Shown: piece after piece, positions 10,534-18,792 of the stretch
How positions within the stretch are numbered: position 1 is the first letter of the stretch
How the letters are laid out: every line of letters begins with the position of its first letter
Assembly: GCA_963826275.1 (NCBI GenBank)
Contig: CAWGWI010000006.1
Coordinates: 68,770 to 132,769, forward strand
Source of the DNA: Terriglobia bacterium
GTDB lineage: Bacteria > Acidobacteriota > Terriglobia > Terriglobales > Acidobacteriaceae
Length of the DNA stretch: 64,000 nucleotides
Direction: 5' to 3'
Translations under genes and position numbers: made by a program
Notes under the pieces: generated by a model
The model's input: the letters and a program-made list of their open reading frames with translations, nothing else
Database searches by the model: none
Told to the model about the DNA's origin: nothing

Positions 10534-12062
10534 GATGGCGCTTTGACTTCCGGCCAGTAACGGAAATTACGCAAAGTTGCTTTGCCGGAGCCGCACGCAA
10601 AAAGTGCCGGACGAACATCTAGAAAGCCTCCCAGCACGTTGTGCTGCATCCCCGAAATTTCCGCAGACTCCTGCGTACGCTGCCATGCTTTCCCGGGTAC
10701 GCGGAAATAGAAGTCTACCTCCTGGCGGTCATTGACTATCCGGAGCGTGGCGCGAGTAGCACCTCTTTCATAACGGCTTGGGATGAAGCCGGTACCGAGA
10801 CGTGCACCGATTCCATCGGAGTCAATAAGAATGCCGGTCGTATGCTCGGGGTTGTAGAAAAGAAGCAAGCCGGACTCGCACCCCGGCTCGACTTCCACCT
10901 CAACCTCAACGGTGTAGGCCTGGCCGCCAACGGCGGTCGTGAGTACCGGAGTGTCAGAGATAGCTTTGCCTCGCGCTTCTAGAGTGAGCGCACCGCTTCC
11001 GACGGTGAACCTGGACGTGTCGAATTCGTGCCAGAAGCTCCACTGCAGTCCCAACTCTGGCGAGGTGAAATTGTCGGAAGGGTCCAGGAATGCATGCTGT
11101 GCGGTACCCGGGATCGGAACCTCAATCGCCGAGTCGGCAATGACGCCCTGTGGCACGCGATACCAGCCGTCGGCGGTCCACTCGATCGGAAGTAACAACA
11201 ATTGCCGGCCCAGAGTGCGATATCCGTTCTCGTAAGAGTGAACGGTCATATACCACTTGCCTGCAGGTGTATCGACGAGACGGCCGTGACCCACGCTCAG
11301 CCAACGTTCGTCGCGCGAACGCGTGCGCACGATCGGGTTGTAGGGAGAGAACTCCCAAGGTCCTTCCGCGTGTTGACTACGGGCGCTGACGACTGCGTGA
11401 CTTGTTGCCGGACCTGCGGTGCCCCCTTCGGCCACATTCAAGTAGTAATAGCCATTTCGCTGAAGGAGTTTCGGCGCTTCGAGGCAAGTACACTCCATCC
11501 GTGTCGAAGTCGGCAGCTGCCAAGGCTCAAGCACAACGCGCGGAGGAACTTTCACGGCGAGCCCATCGGGTGTTAGCTCCGCCATCCGGCCTCCTGCCAT
11601 GTAGAGGAAGCGGCGGCCATTTTGCGCCACGTGTGCGGGATCAATCGCGTCGATCCCTAGATCGACCGGTTCGCTCCACGGCCCGGTCACATGTTCGGCG
11701 TGTACAACCCAGAGCCTTTGGTTGGCCGGAAAATAGATGTAATAGTGCCGCTCATACTCGCAGAGATACGGAGCCCATACGTTGCCGTAATACTTGTGCA
11801 AGGCCGCGGCGACTGGGCGCCAATTGAGCAAGTCTCGCGAGTGCCAGATCAGCAAGCCTGGCGCGTAGTCGAAGCTGGAGTGCGTCAGATAAAAGTCATT
11901 GCCCACTCGGATTGGGCTGGCATCGGGATGATCTCCACCAAGAATCGGGTTACGATAAGTACCTCCGTCGCCAGGTTGCGCAAGAAGCAGTCGGCTTTGG
12001 GGAGCTAGCGCCAATGCAATAGAAACAGCAGTACCGTGCACAAATTCACGGCGAGTCACCAT
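10530..12062 (-). CDS. Glycoside hydrolase family 43 (beta-xylosidase / alpha-L-arabinofuranosidase type) with a C-terminal beta-sandwich domain
   Basis: 510-aa ORF with a Tat-like signal (MVTRREFVHGTAVSIALALAP). It carries GH43 motifs NPILGGDHPDASPIRVGNDFYL and VWAPYL. Confidence 0.85.
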   Translation of the reverse strand: MVTRREFVHGTAVSIALALAPQSRLLLAQPGDGGTYRNPILGGDHPDASPIRVGNDFYLTHSSFDYAPGLLIWHSRDLLNWRPVAAALHKYYGNVWAPYLCEYERHYYIYFPANQRLWVVHAEHVTGPWSEPVDLGIDAIDPAHVAQNGRRFLYMAGGRMAELTPDGLAVKVPPRVVLEPWQLPTSTRMECTCLEAPKLLQRNGYYYLNVAEGGTAGPATSHAVVSARSQHAEGPWEFSPYNPIVRTRSRDERWLSVGHGRLVDTPAGKWYMTVHSYENGYRTLGRQLLLLPIEWTADGWYRVPQGVIADSAIEVPIPGTAQHAFLDPSDNFTSPELGLQWSFWHEFDTSRFTVGSGALTLEARGKAISDTPVLTTAVGGQAYTVEVEVEVEPGCESGLLLFYNPEHTTGILIDSDGIGARLGTGFIPSRYERGATRATLRIVNDRQEVDFYFRVPGKAWQRTQESAEISGMQHNVLGGFLDVRPALFACGSGKATLRNFRYWPEVKAPS

Positions 12063-12398
12063 TCTTGATTAACCCCTGATGTTCCGCGACATGTGCGCGG
12101 GTCCAAGTTTTGATTGCGCGTGACATTGTAGTCTCTTCACAGGCGCTTCCGAACCCAAAAGAACTTTGTGTGCCGTGTGCGGCTCTCTCTCGCCCAGTCG
12201 CTACGGCATAGCCGCTCCATCCGGAATGACGGCATGTCAAAAACTCTTTGTCGTAGGAAACATCTCTCGGGTAGTCTGGTCCGCGTAGAAAATCGAACCA
12301 CAGCCGACCGCTACCGCCGGATGAAGTCATTACAGCGGGCAGGGCGTACACAAAAAGCGGAAGATCTGCGATTGCTGCCGATTCTTCATGGAGATCCA

Positions 12399-12956
12399 AT
12401 GTGCCGAAAAGGTTTTCTTATCGCGTTTCTTGTGTCCAGTCTAAGTCTGGTCCTCTCAATTCCGACTTTGTCTCAGGACTCGTCTGCATCGGTTGAGGTG
12501 ACGCATCTCGAACTGCACGCTGAGCACGTTTTCGATGAGAAGGTAACGATCGGCGGATTGTTGAATATCGGCAAGAGTAAGTTCGGCGAACGACGGCTCA
12601 TTCCGATCACCGGCGGCAGTTTCAAGGGACCGAACATTGAGGGTGTAGTAGTCCCCGGGGGCGCGGATTGGCAGCTGACGCGTCCTGATGGTGACACGGA
12701 ACTCAACGCACGGTATACGTTGAAAACCAATGATGGCTTTCTAATACAAGTAATCAATCACGTGTTATTGCACACGCCAAAGAACAAAGATGACAAAGCC
12801 GGTGTCTACGCGCGATCGGTCTTTGACTTCGAGGCTTCTTCCGACAGCCCTTATGACTGGCTGAATCACTCGATTTTTTTGGGAACGTTGACCATTCCGC
12901 AACCAATGCCGAAAGACAAACCCTACGTGGTAATTGGCGTCTATCGGCTACTCTAG
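12399..12956 (+). CDS. DUF3237-family protein (secreted)
   Basis: The ATG at 12399 inside ORF 12168..12956 gives a signal peptide. The motif GERRLIPITGGSFKGPNIEGVVVPGGADWQ matches my recollection of DUF3237. Confidence 0.6.
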   Translation: MCRKGFLIAFLVSSLSLVLSIPTLSQDSSASVEVTHLELHAEHVFDEKVTIGGLLNIGKSKFGERRLIPITGGSFKGPNIEGVVVPGGADWQLTRPDGDTELNARYTLKTNDGFLIQVINHVLLHTPKNKDDKAGVYARSVFDFEASSDSPYDWLNHSIFLGTLTIPQPMPKDKPYVVIGVYRLL

Positions 12957-13000
12957 TCAAACTCAACTTGGACCGCTCCATCCGACGGAGGCAAAGTTTA

Positions 13001-14695
13001 ATGGCTGATTCTTCGAACCGTGCTGTTCTTACCCGCCGAGAGGCGCTGATTTTGTCCGCCGCGGCGGGCGTGAGCATCACTGCCAGTAAGTTTGCTAACG
13101 CTTCCGACAGTGTCAAGACGGCGGCCCACCAGGAACCGGGGAACGTCTCGACCCCTCGTTCAGCGATTGCAAAGACGCAATACGGCAAAGTGCGCGGATT
13201 TCTCGATGGCGGTGTCCTCACATTTAAAGGCATTCCCTACGGCCAGAGCACGGCCGGTGAAAACCGCTGGCTTCCTGCTAAACCACCGGTGCCGTGGACC
13301 GATGAATATCCAGCGCTAGTCTATGGCGCAAACTGTCCTCAAAACCTGCATCCGTGGACGAGCATCGAGCAAACTTTTCTCCAGGATTGGGACGACGGCT
13401 GGCAAAGCGAAGACATGCTCAAGTTGAACATCTGGACACCGAGCCTGACCGGCAGGCGTCCGGTGATGTTTTACATTCACGGCGGGGGATACAGTTTCGG
13501 TTCTTCTTACGAACTCCCCTCGCATGATGGCGCGCAGATGGCGCGCCACCACGATGTCGTGCAGGTCTCGGTCAATCACCGCCTCAACATTCTCGGATTC
13601 TTCGATGTCTCTGACATCGGTGGCTCCGCGTATGAAGACTCCCTCAACGTCGGCGTGACCGATCTGGTGGCGGCACTTCGTTGGGTCCATGACAATATCG
13701 AGAATTTCGGCGGCGATCCCGATCGAGTGATGATCTACGGCCAATCTGGTGGCGGATCGAAGGTGACAACGCTCATGGGTATGCCCTCGGCTGCAGGCCT
13801 CTTCCATCGCGCTTCGGCGCAATCGGGTGGTGGTGGCAACATACCCAGCAAAGAGCAGCAGAAGGAACTGTCCCGCCTGGTGATGAAAGACCTTGGACTC
13901 GCGCCGAACGACGTCGCATCGCTTCAGAAAATGGAATGGGCGAAGCTGGTTGCTGCCGGCAACGCAGCTGCGGGCAAGATCAATCCTCCGGGAGCTTTTA
14001 TGGGACCGGGAGCTCCCGGCACGCCCCGAGTGGGTTGGTCACCGTGCGTCGACGGCAAGGTGATCAATATGCGCTCGTTCTTTGACGCCGCTCCGGAGAT
14101 ATCCAAACATGTCCCGATGCTGATCGGCTCCGTGAGCGAAGAAGGCAATCGCATGTCGTTGCGCCCGACCGAAGAAGAGTGGCATGCGAGCCTCGCCAAA
14201 GCCTACGGCAACGAAAGGGCGACGGCCGTTATTGCAACTTTGAAGAAAGCGTACCCGCAAAAGAAGATCCAAACCTTGTCGTACATGTGCAGCGGCACTC
14301 CCGGATTGAACGGCCTTTCCATGCGCAACAACGTGGTAAAAATGGCCAAGCTGAAGCACGAACTCCGGGGTGCGCCAGCGTACACGTACTATTTCACTTG
14401 GCAGACTCCCATTCTCGATGGCCTGCCGGGGGCGTGGCACACCGCCGAACTTCAATTCTGCTTCGACAATACCAAGCGCTGCGAACAAGGAACGGGCAAC
14501 ACACACGAGGCGCAAGTGCTAGCGAAAAAGATGGCATCAGCATGGGCGGCGTTTGCTACAACCGGAAATCCGAGCCTGCCAGGCCTGAAGTGGGAGCCGA
14601 CCAACCCGGAAACCAACAAGACGATGATCTGGGACAACGAATGCCATATGGCCGATGATCCCGATGGGGAAGCTCGCAAGATCATCGTGTCGTGA
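13001..14695 (+). CDS. Carboxylesterase type B (para-nitrobenzyl-esterase-like), Tat-exported
   Basis: The ATG at 13001 has a GGAGG RBS 9 nt upstream. There is a Tat-like signal (RREALILSAAAGVSITAS), an oxyanion HGGG motif (FYIHGGGYSFGSS) and a nucleophile elbow GQSGGG. Confidence 0.85.
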   Translation: MADSSNRAVLTRREALILSAAAGVSITASKFANASDSVKTAAHQEPGNVSTPRSAIAKTQYGKVRGFLDGGVLTFKGIPYGQSTAGENRWLPAKPPVPWTDEYPALVYGANCPQNLHPWTSIEQTFLQDWDDGWQSEDMLKLNIWTPSLTGRRPVMFYIHGGGYSFGSSYELPSHDGAQMARHHDVVQVSVNHRLNILGFFDVSDIGGSAYEDSLNVGVTDLVAALRWVHDNIENFGGDPDRVMIYGQSGGGSKVTTLMGMPSAAGLFHRASAQSGGGGNIPSKEQQKELSRLVMKDLGLAPNDVASLQKMEWAKLVAAGNAAAGKINPPGAFMGPGAPGTPRVGWSPCVDGKVINMRSFFDAAPEISKHVPMLIGSVSEEGNRMSLRPTEEEWHASLAKAYGNERATAVIATLKKAYPQKKIQTLSYMCSGTPGLNGLSMRNNVVKMAKLKHELRGAPAYTYYFTWQTPILDGLPGAWHTAELQFCFDNTKRCEQGTGNTHEAQVLAKKMASAWAAFATTGNPSLPGLKWEPTNPETNKTMIWDNECHMADDPDGEARKIIVS

Positions 14696-14768
14696 TCATC
14701 TGGGCCATCTCCAGATCGAAGTAGTAGCGGTAGGGCAGATACGGAGTGGTATTCTCCGTTCGCAACAG

Positions 14769-15035
14769 TTACCGCCTTGCGGAGTCAGGCTTGGCTTCTT
14801 GTGCGGCATCGCAGTCGAGTTTGCTGGGAATGGGCTTCAGAGGATGGGTGAGATCGAGTTGAATCTGAACGGACACTGTAAGCTCACGGCAATCGAGAGA
14901 AAAATCTGTATCTGACTCCGCATTGAAATCTGCTCCTAGCAAGGTCCTGTTCTCTTCGACAAATCTCTCCAGATATTCAGCATCGAACGGTTTACCGGGT
15001 TCAAGTTCCCAACGGTTTTGTATTTGCAGCGCCAC
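14769..15035 (-). pseudogene. Orphan copy of the 3-prime end of the POTRA-domain gene, left behind by a tandem duplication
   Basis: The 88-aa ORF repeats residues ALQ(I/L)QNRWELEPGKPFDAEYLERFVEENRTLLGADFNAESDTDFSLDCRELTVSVQI of the gene at 15060..15890. It then continues for another 27 aa that the upstream copy has lost. Confidence 0.6.
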
Positions 15036-15266
15036 TTCCTTATCTCCAGTAAGTCAACTTTAATGGAAATTAATATGAATCTGAACGGACACTGTAAGCT
15101 CACGGCAATCGAGAGAAAAATCTGTATCTGACTCCGCATTGAAATCTGCTCCTAGCAAGGTCCTGTTCTCTTCGACAAATCTCTCCAGATATTCAGCATC
15201 GAACGGTTTACCGGGTTCAAGTTCCCAACGGTTTTGTAATTGCAGCGCCACTTCCTTATCTCCAGT
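14861..15266. repeat. Tandem direct duplication: two 190-bp copies (14861-15050 and 15077-15266), period 216 bp, one mismatch
   Basis: Direct comparison of the two stretches shows one difference, t at 15023 versus a at 15239. The 26-bp joint (15051-15076) partly resembles the sequence that follows copy 2. Confidence 0.9.
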
Positions 15267-15890
15267 CAAGTCCAACTTTCCCATGCGGTATTGCGATCCT
15301 TCATGTACCTCGAACGTAAGCCTAATCGTCGCGGCGGAACCTCCGCCAGAGTTTGTGTCGGTCTTATCCACGAGAGAGAAGTTCATATAGCCCATCGAGC
15401 CGTAAAGTTTGCGCAAGCTCTCTAGGCCGCTGCGAACCTTTCCAATCTCAAAAAGGTCGCCAGTGTGAAACGGAAATTGTGCCTGAAGTTGTTCTGCGCT
15501 CAAGACGTGGTTTCCGACGAACTTGATCGGCGAGAATCTGAAACGCGGACCCTCATCTACATCGGCTTCGACGCGAACTGGCATTGGACGCGCAAGTGGG
15601 TCGAGCGGCTTAATCTCGGCAGTCTTTACGTTTGCGGCGAAATAACCATGCTGTTGAAAGCTGTCACGAAGGCGTTCTTTCAGTTCCTTGCCATTCGCAT
15701 CCATCTCAAGAGCCGTCAGACTGTTGACAATCTCATTTAGTTGTTGGGAATTGAGGGTTGTCGCACCAGAGATGACTAGTTCCTGAATCAGGATGCGATT
15801 GGCTTTTGAAGCCGATCGGTTTCCCACGTTCTGTGACAGGACTGCGATTGGCAGCAGAAGGGCAAGGACAAAGCACAGGCTCGATTTCAT
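15060..15890 (-). CDS. Secreted POTRA-domain protein (BamA/ShlB-type POTRA repeats, no beta-barrel), C-terminus altered by the duplication joint
   Basis: 276-aa ORF with a signal peptide (MKSSLCFVLALLLPIAVLSQ). It has POTRA-like segments (ILIQELVISGATTLNSQQLNEIV; IKFVGNHVLSAEQLQAQFPFHTGDLF). It ends ...TVSVQIHINFH inside the duplication joint. Confidence 0.55.
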   Translation of the reverse strand: MKSSLCFVLALLLPIAVLSQNVGNRSASKANRILIQELVISGATTLNSQQLNEIVNSLTALEMDANGKELKERLRDSFQQHGYFAANVKTAEIKPLDPLARPMPVRVEADVDEGPRFRFSPIKFVGNHVLSAEQLQAQFPFHTGDLFEIGKVRSGLESLRKLYGSMGYMNFSLVDKTDTNSGGGSAATIRLTFEVHEGSQYRMGKLDLTGDKEVALQLQNRWELEPGKPFDAEYLERFVEENRTLLGADFNAESDTDFSLDCRELTVSVQIHINFH

Positions 15891-16037
15891 ATGTTGCGCC
15901 TAAGGTGCATCTTAGCATCGCAGCAAGATAGATGTTGATATATCGGCATACCACCACCTATGTCAGGATGAGATAGAGGGCGGGAATCTCCGTTCGAAGC
16001 AGAAGCTCTCACTTCCCATAGGGTTTATCAGGCACCG

Positions 16038-16295
16038 TTAGTTCTTGGGCGAGCGCCAGGTTGTCACCAGACACGCTTTTGCAAACAGAATAGCGATAAT
16101 CGGGATCGCAACGAGCGGAACCAATAGGAAGACAGGGTGAGGAAAACCGCCACGGATTCGTGCCGATTCGTGCTGCATGGCATCCGGTTCGTTGGCGATC
16201 GACTTCCTGAGAACCGAATATGTTAAATCCTCGATCTTCGTTAAAGTATCGCCTGCTCGCGGATGTTGACGGCGATCCTGAGTCTCATCGTTCAT
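16038..16295 (-). CDS. Hypothetical small protein with a C-terminal TM helix
   Basis: ATG at 16295 within ORF 16038..16373. The C-terminal hydrophobic stretch is HPVFLLVPLVAIPIIAILFAKACLV. No homology was recognised. Confidence 0.3.
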   Translation of the reverse strand: MNDETQDRRQHPRAGDTLTKIEDLTYSVLRKSIANEPDAMQHESARIRGGFPHPVFLLVPLVAIPIIAILFAKACLVTTWRSPKN

Positions 16296-16303
16296 GTCGG
16301 ATG

Positions 16304-16426
16304 TTATGCGGACTTTTTCATCACCTCGACACGAAACTCCAGCACCTTGCCGTTTTCTCTTAGCACGCTCCACTTGACCGGCGGCTTGAATCCTTCTGGA
16401 ATGTAGAACCGAATCACTTTTGCCAT
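16304..16426 (-). CDS. Possible 40-aa small protein (MAKVIRFYIPEGFKPPVKWSVLRENGKVLEFRVEVMKKSA)
   Basis: Translated by hand because it is below the ORF-track cutoff. It lies immediately upstream of the 16295 ORF. The RBS is weak. The sequence resembles small (K)VIxFYIPxxF proteins I recall from soil bacteria, but this is unverified. Confidence 0.2.
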   Translation of the reverse strand: MAKVIRFYIPEGFKPPVKWSVLRENGKVLEFRVEVMKKSA

Positions 16427-16638
16427 AACTACGTCCCTACAGCACTTATTTGACTTCTTTCATATAGACACACTCAGAAGCTAACCCAACTCGCAATACG
16501 CGATTGAATTACAAAGCCTTTACGATTTCGTGATATTTAGTCTGAACAGCGTCGGCTTCCCTATAGGAGACCCCGCCCGTACAGTAGGAACGAGCGGGCC
16601 GATTAGTGAGTGATAGTCTCCGGTTCCCTACAGTTGTC

Positions 16639-16666
16639 TTGCAACGTAGCTTGTACTAGCTATAAT
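16639..16666 (+). promoter_or_regulatory. Sigma-70-type promoter candidate (TTGCAA-16 nt-TATAAT) upstream of the MFS gene
   Basis: -35 TTGCAA at 16639-16644 and -10 TATAAT at 16661-16666 with a 16-nt spacer, located about 115-200 nt upstream of the candidate MFS starts. Confidence 0.35.
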
Positions 16667-16862
16667 TCGCGCGCCCACGCTGCTTATCGCCGATGATCAT
16701 CTTCTTAGGCGCCCGCAAACAAAGGTTGCGAAAGGTCATTGTGATGTATGGGTAGGCGCGTACAATGCCCGCAGTCTTCATGACAACGAGCAGAACGTCG
16801 GAGCACAGATCGCTTCCCGGCCACTCGTATGGGTTCTCGCTCTCCTCGGCATTTCAGTATTC

Positions 16863-18077
16863 GTGAATTACATCGACCGCGGAAGCCTTTCGATTGCCGC
16901 ACCATTACTCAAAGACGAACTGAGGATCACTCCGACTCAATTGGGATTTCTGCTGTCGGCGTTCTTCTGGACCTACGCCTGTCTCCAGCCCGTGTATGGC
17001 TGGCTGGTTGATCGCCTTAATGTCTATTGGCTGCTCGCCGGGGGTTTCCTGTTGTGGTCGGCGGCAACAACCGCGACTGGAATCATTCACGCATTCGCAA
17101 CTCTCTTCGCCTTACGGCTGATAGTCGGTCTGGGCGAAGCAGTGTGCTACCCGGCCTACTCCAAAATCATCGCCCTCAACTATCCCGAGGAGCACCGTGG
17201 CCTGGCGAATTCCATAATCGCGGCCGGACTGTCCTTGGGGCCTGGATTCGGCATGTTTTTCGGCGGCATGTTGGTCGCGCGTTTGGGCTGGAGAGCGTTC
17301 TTCATCGGACTTGGTCTTGTCAGCCTCCTATGGCTGCCCGCATGGATCAAGTACATGCCGAAGACCAACGTGGTGCCTCCTTCGATAGCGAGCAGCGCAC
17401 CAAATCTGCGCGAATTCCTGAGCTTGCGGTCCGCGTGGGGCACATGCCTCGGTCTTTGGTGTGGAAACTATGTGAACTATTTTCTGCTGACTTGGCTCCC
17501 GTTTTACCTGGTTCGCCAACAGCACTTCTCGATTACCAGCATGGCGAGAATAGGTGGTACCGGATACCTCGCAAGTGCCTGTTGCGCGCCGCTGTTCGGA
17601 TGGTTGTCCGACCGATGGATCCAGGCAGGCGGATCTCCGACGCGGGTGCGAAAGACGGTCACCGGCGGAGGGATTGCCATGAGCGGAATCCTACTAGGAC
17701 TTTGCGGTTTTGCCAGTCCTGCTGCATGCGTTTTGCTGCTTTGGGTCGGCATGGCGTTTTTCGGCGCTTTCTCCTCCAACGTTTACGCGATTACTCAGAG
17801 GCTTGCGGGTCCGCAGGCGGCAGGTCGCTGGACGGGTTTTCAGAACGGATTCGGCAACCTCGCCGGAGTTGTGGTTCCAGTAGTCACCGGTTACGTGGTG
17901 AGCCGTACCGGCCATTTCTCGGGGGCGTTCGTGATCATGACGGCAGTAACGCTGATCGGTTTTGTTTCCTGGGTGTTCATTATTGGACCAGTGGAACCAG
18001 TTAGCTGGAACAGGACATTTCAAATCCCTCGGGACGTGAGTCCGGCAGCTGCACCGCTGCCCGAACATTCGGACTAG
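16863..18077 (+). CDS. MFS transporter, anion:cation symporter (hexuronate/galactonate-type) family
   Basis: 404-aa ORF containing NYIDRGSLSIAAPLLKDEL...GFLLSAFFWTYACLQPVYGWLVDR and about 12 TM segments. The GTG at 16863 cuts into TM1. The frame stays open upstream (RPLVWVLALLGISVF) without a start codon, and an ATG at 16780 lies in another frame. Confidence 0.85.
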   Translation: MNYIDRGSLSIAAPLLKDELRITPTQLGFLLSAFFWTYACLQPVYGWLVDRLNVYWLLAGGFLLWSAATTATGIIHAFATLFALRLIVGLGEAVCYPAYSKIIALNYPEEHRGLANSIIAAGLSLGPGFGMFFGGMLVARLGWRAFFIGLGLVSLLWLPAWIKYMPKTNVVPPSIASSAPNLREFLSLRSAWGTCLGLWCGNYVNYFLLTWLPFYLVRQQHFSITSMARIGGTGYLASACCAPLFGWLSDRWIQAGGSPTRVRKTVTGGGIAMSGILLGLCGFASPAACVLLLWVGMAFFGAFSSNVYAITQRLAGPQAAGRWTGFQNGFGNLAGVVVPVVTGYVVSRTGHFSGAFVIMTAVTLIGFVSWVFIIGPVEPVSWNRTFQIPRDVSPAAAPLPEHSD

Positions 18078-18403
18078 GCGTATCAGACACACGATTCTCG
18101 GAACGACGAGTGATGGGCTAGGCCGGATTTCTCGCGATATATCGCCATACCACTCTGTATCTCAATCTGGTCGTTTACACAAAATAATGGACACACCCGT
18201 TGACGAGGATCTTGCAGTCCTGAGCGCAGGGAAAGCGACAGCCTCAGGCTTTAGCGGCCAGGCTCCTCGCTTTCGATCTCTTTCGCCGTGCAGGCCTAAT
18301 CGGTCGAGGTTTGGTTTGCATCTTTTTCCACGCGCCTTTGATGACACTAATAAGTTGTTCTTGCCGTGCCTTGGCAAGTGCTGTCAAATTAGAGACTTAA
18401 GAT

Positions 18404-18480
18404 TGGTGGCGGCGGTTGGACTCGAACCAACGACCTAGGGATTATGAGACCCTCGCTCTAGCCACCTGAGCTACACCGCC
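18404..18480 (-). tRNA. tRNA with CAU anticodon (elongator tRNA-Met, or tRNA-Ile2 if lysidine-modified)
   Basis: The 77-nt cloverleaf was folded by hand: acceptor GGCGGTG/CGCCGCC, D-arm GCTC/GAGC, anticodon loop CTCATAA, T-arm GTTGG-TTCGAGT-CCAAC, encoded CCA. The G1-C72 pair argues against an initiator. Confidence 0.9.
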
Positions 18481-18792
18481 TTTTTCGGAGAGGAACCAGA
18501 CGAGAATCGACTGGAAGTGGCTGATTGCGCAGAACTTTCCTGCTCTTCGATTCTAAGGGCGACGGCCATGAGTGTCAAACCGGGTTCTCAGTGCAGCGAA
18601 AGATTCCGAAACCTTTTATTTCCAATCACGTCGATATGAATTGAGTGTCCACGCAGGTCCGGTTGTCTGCATCAAACCGGTCTATAATGGATGCAGCTTT
18701 TCCTCCTCTTCGGGTGGCCCATTCAAGCCATCCTTTGGCTTGAGTGGGGTGAGCAGCTCTGGCGGGGGTATCGGTTCTTCCGAGTAGTGTTC

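Noticed and set aside
18404-18480. Initiator tRNA-fMet assignment, and use of this tRNA as an island integration site
   Set aside because: The G1-C72 Watson-Crick pair argues against an initiator. No integrase, direct repeat of the tRNA 3-prime end or foreign-looking genes flank it.
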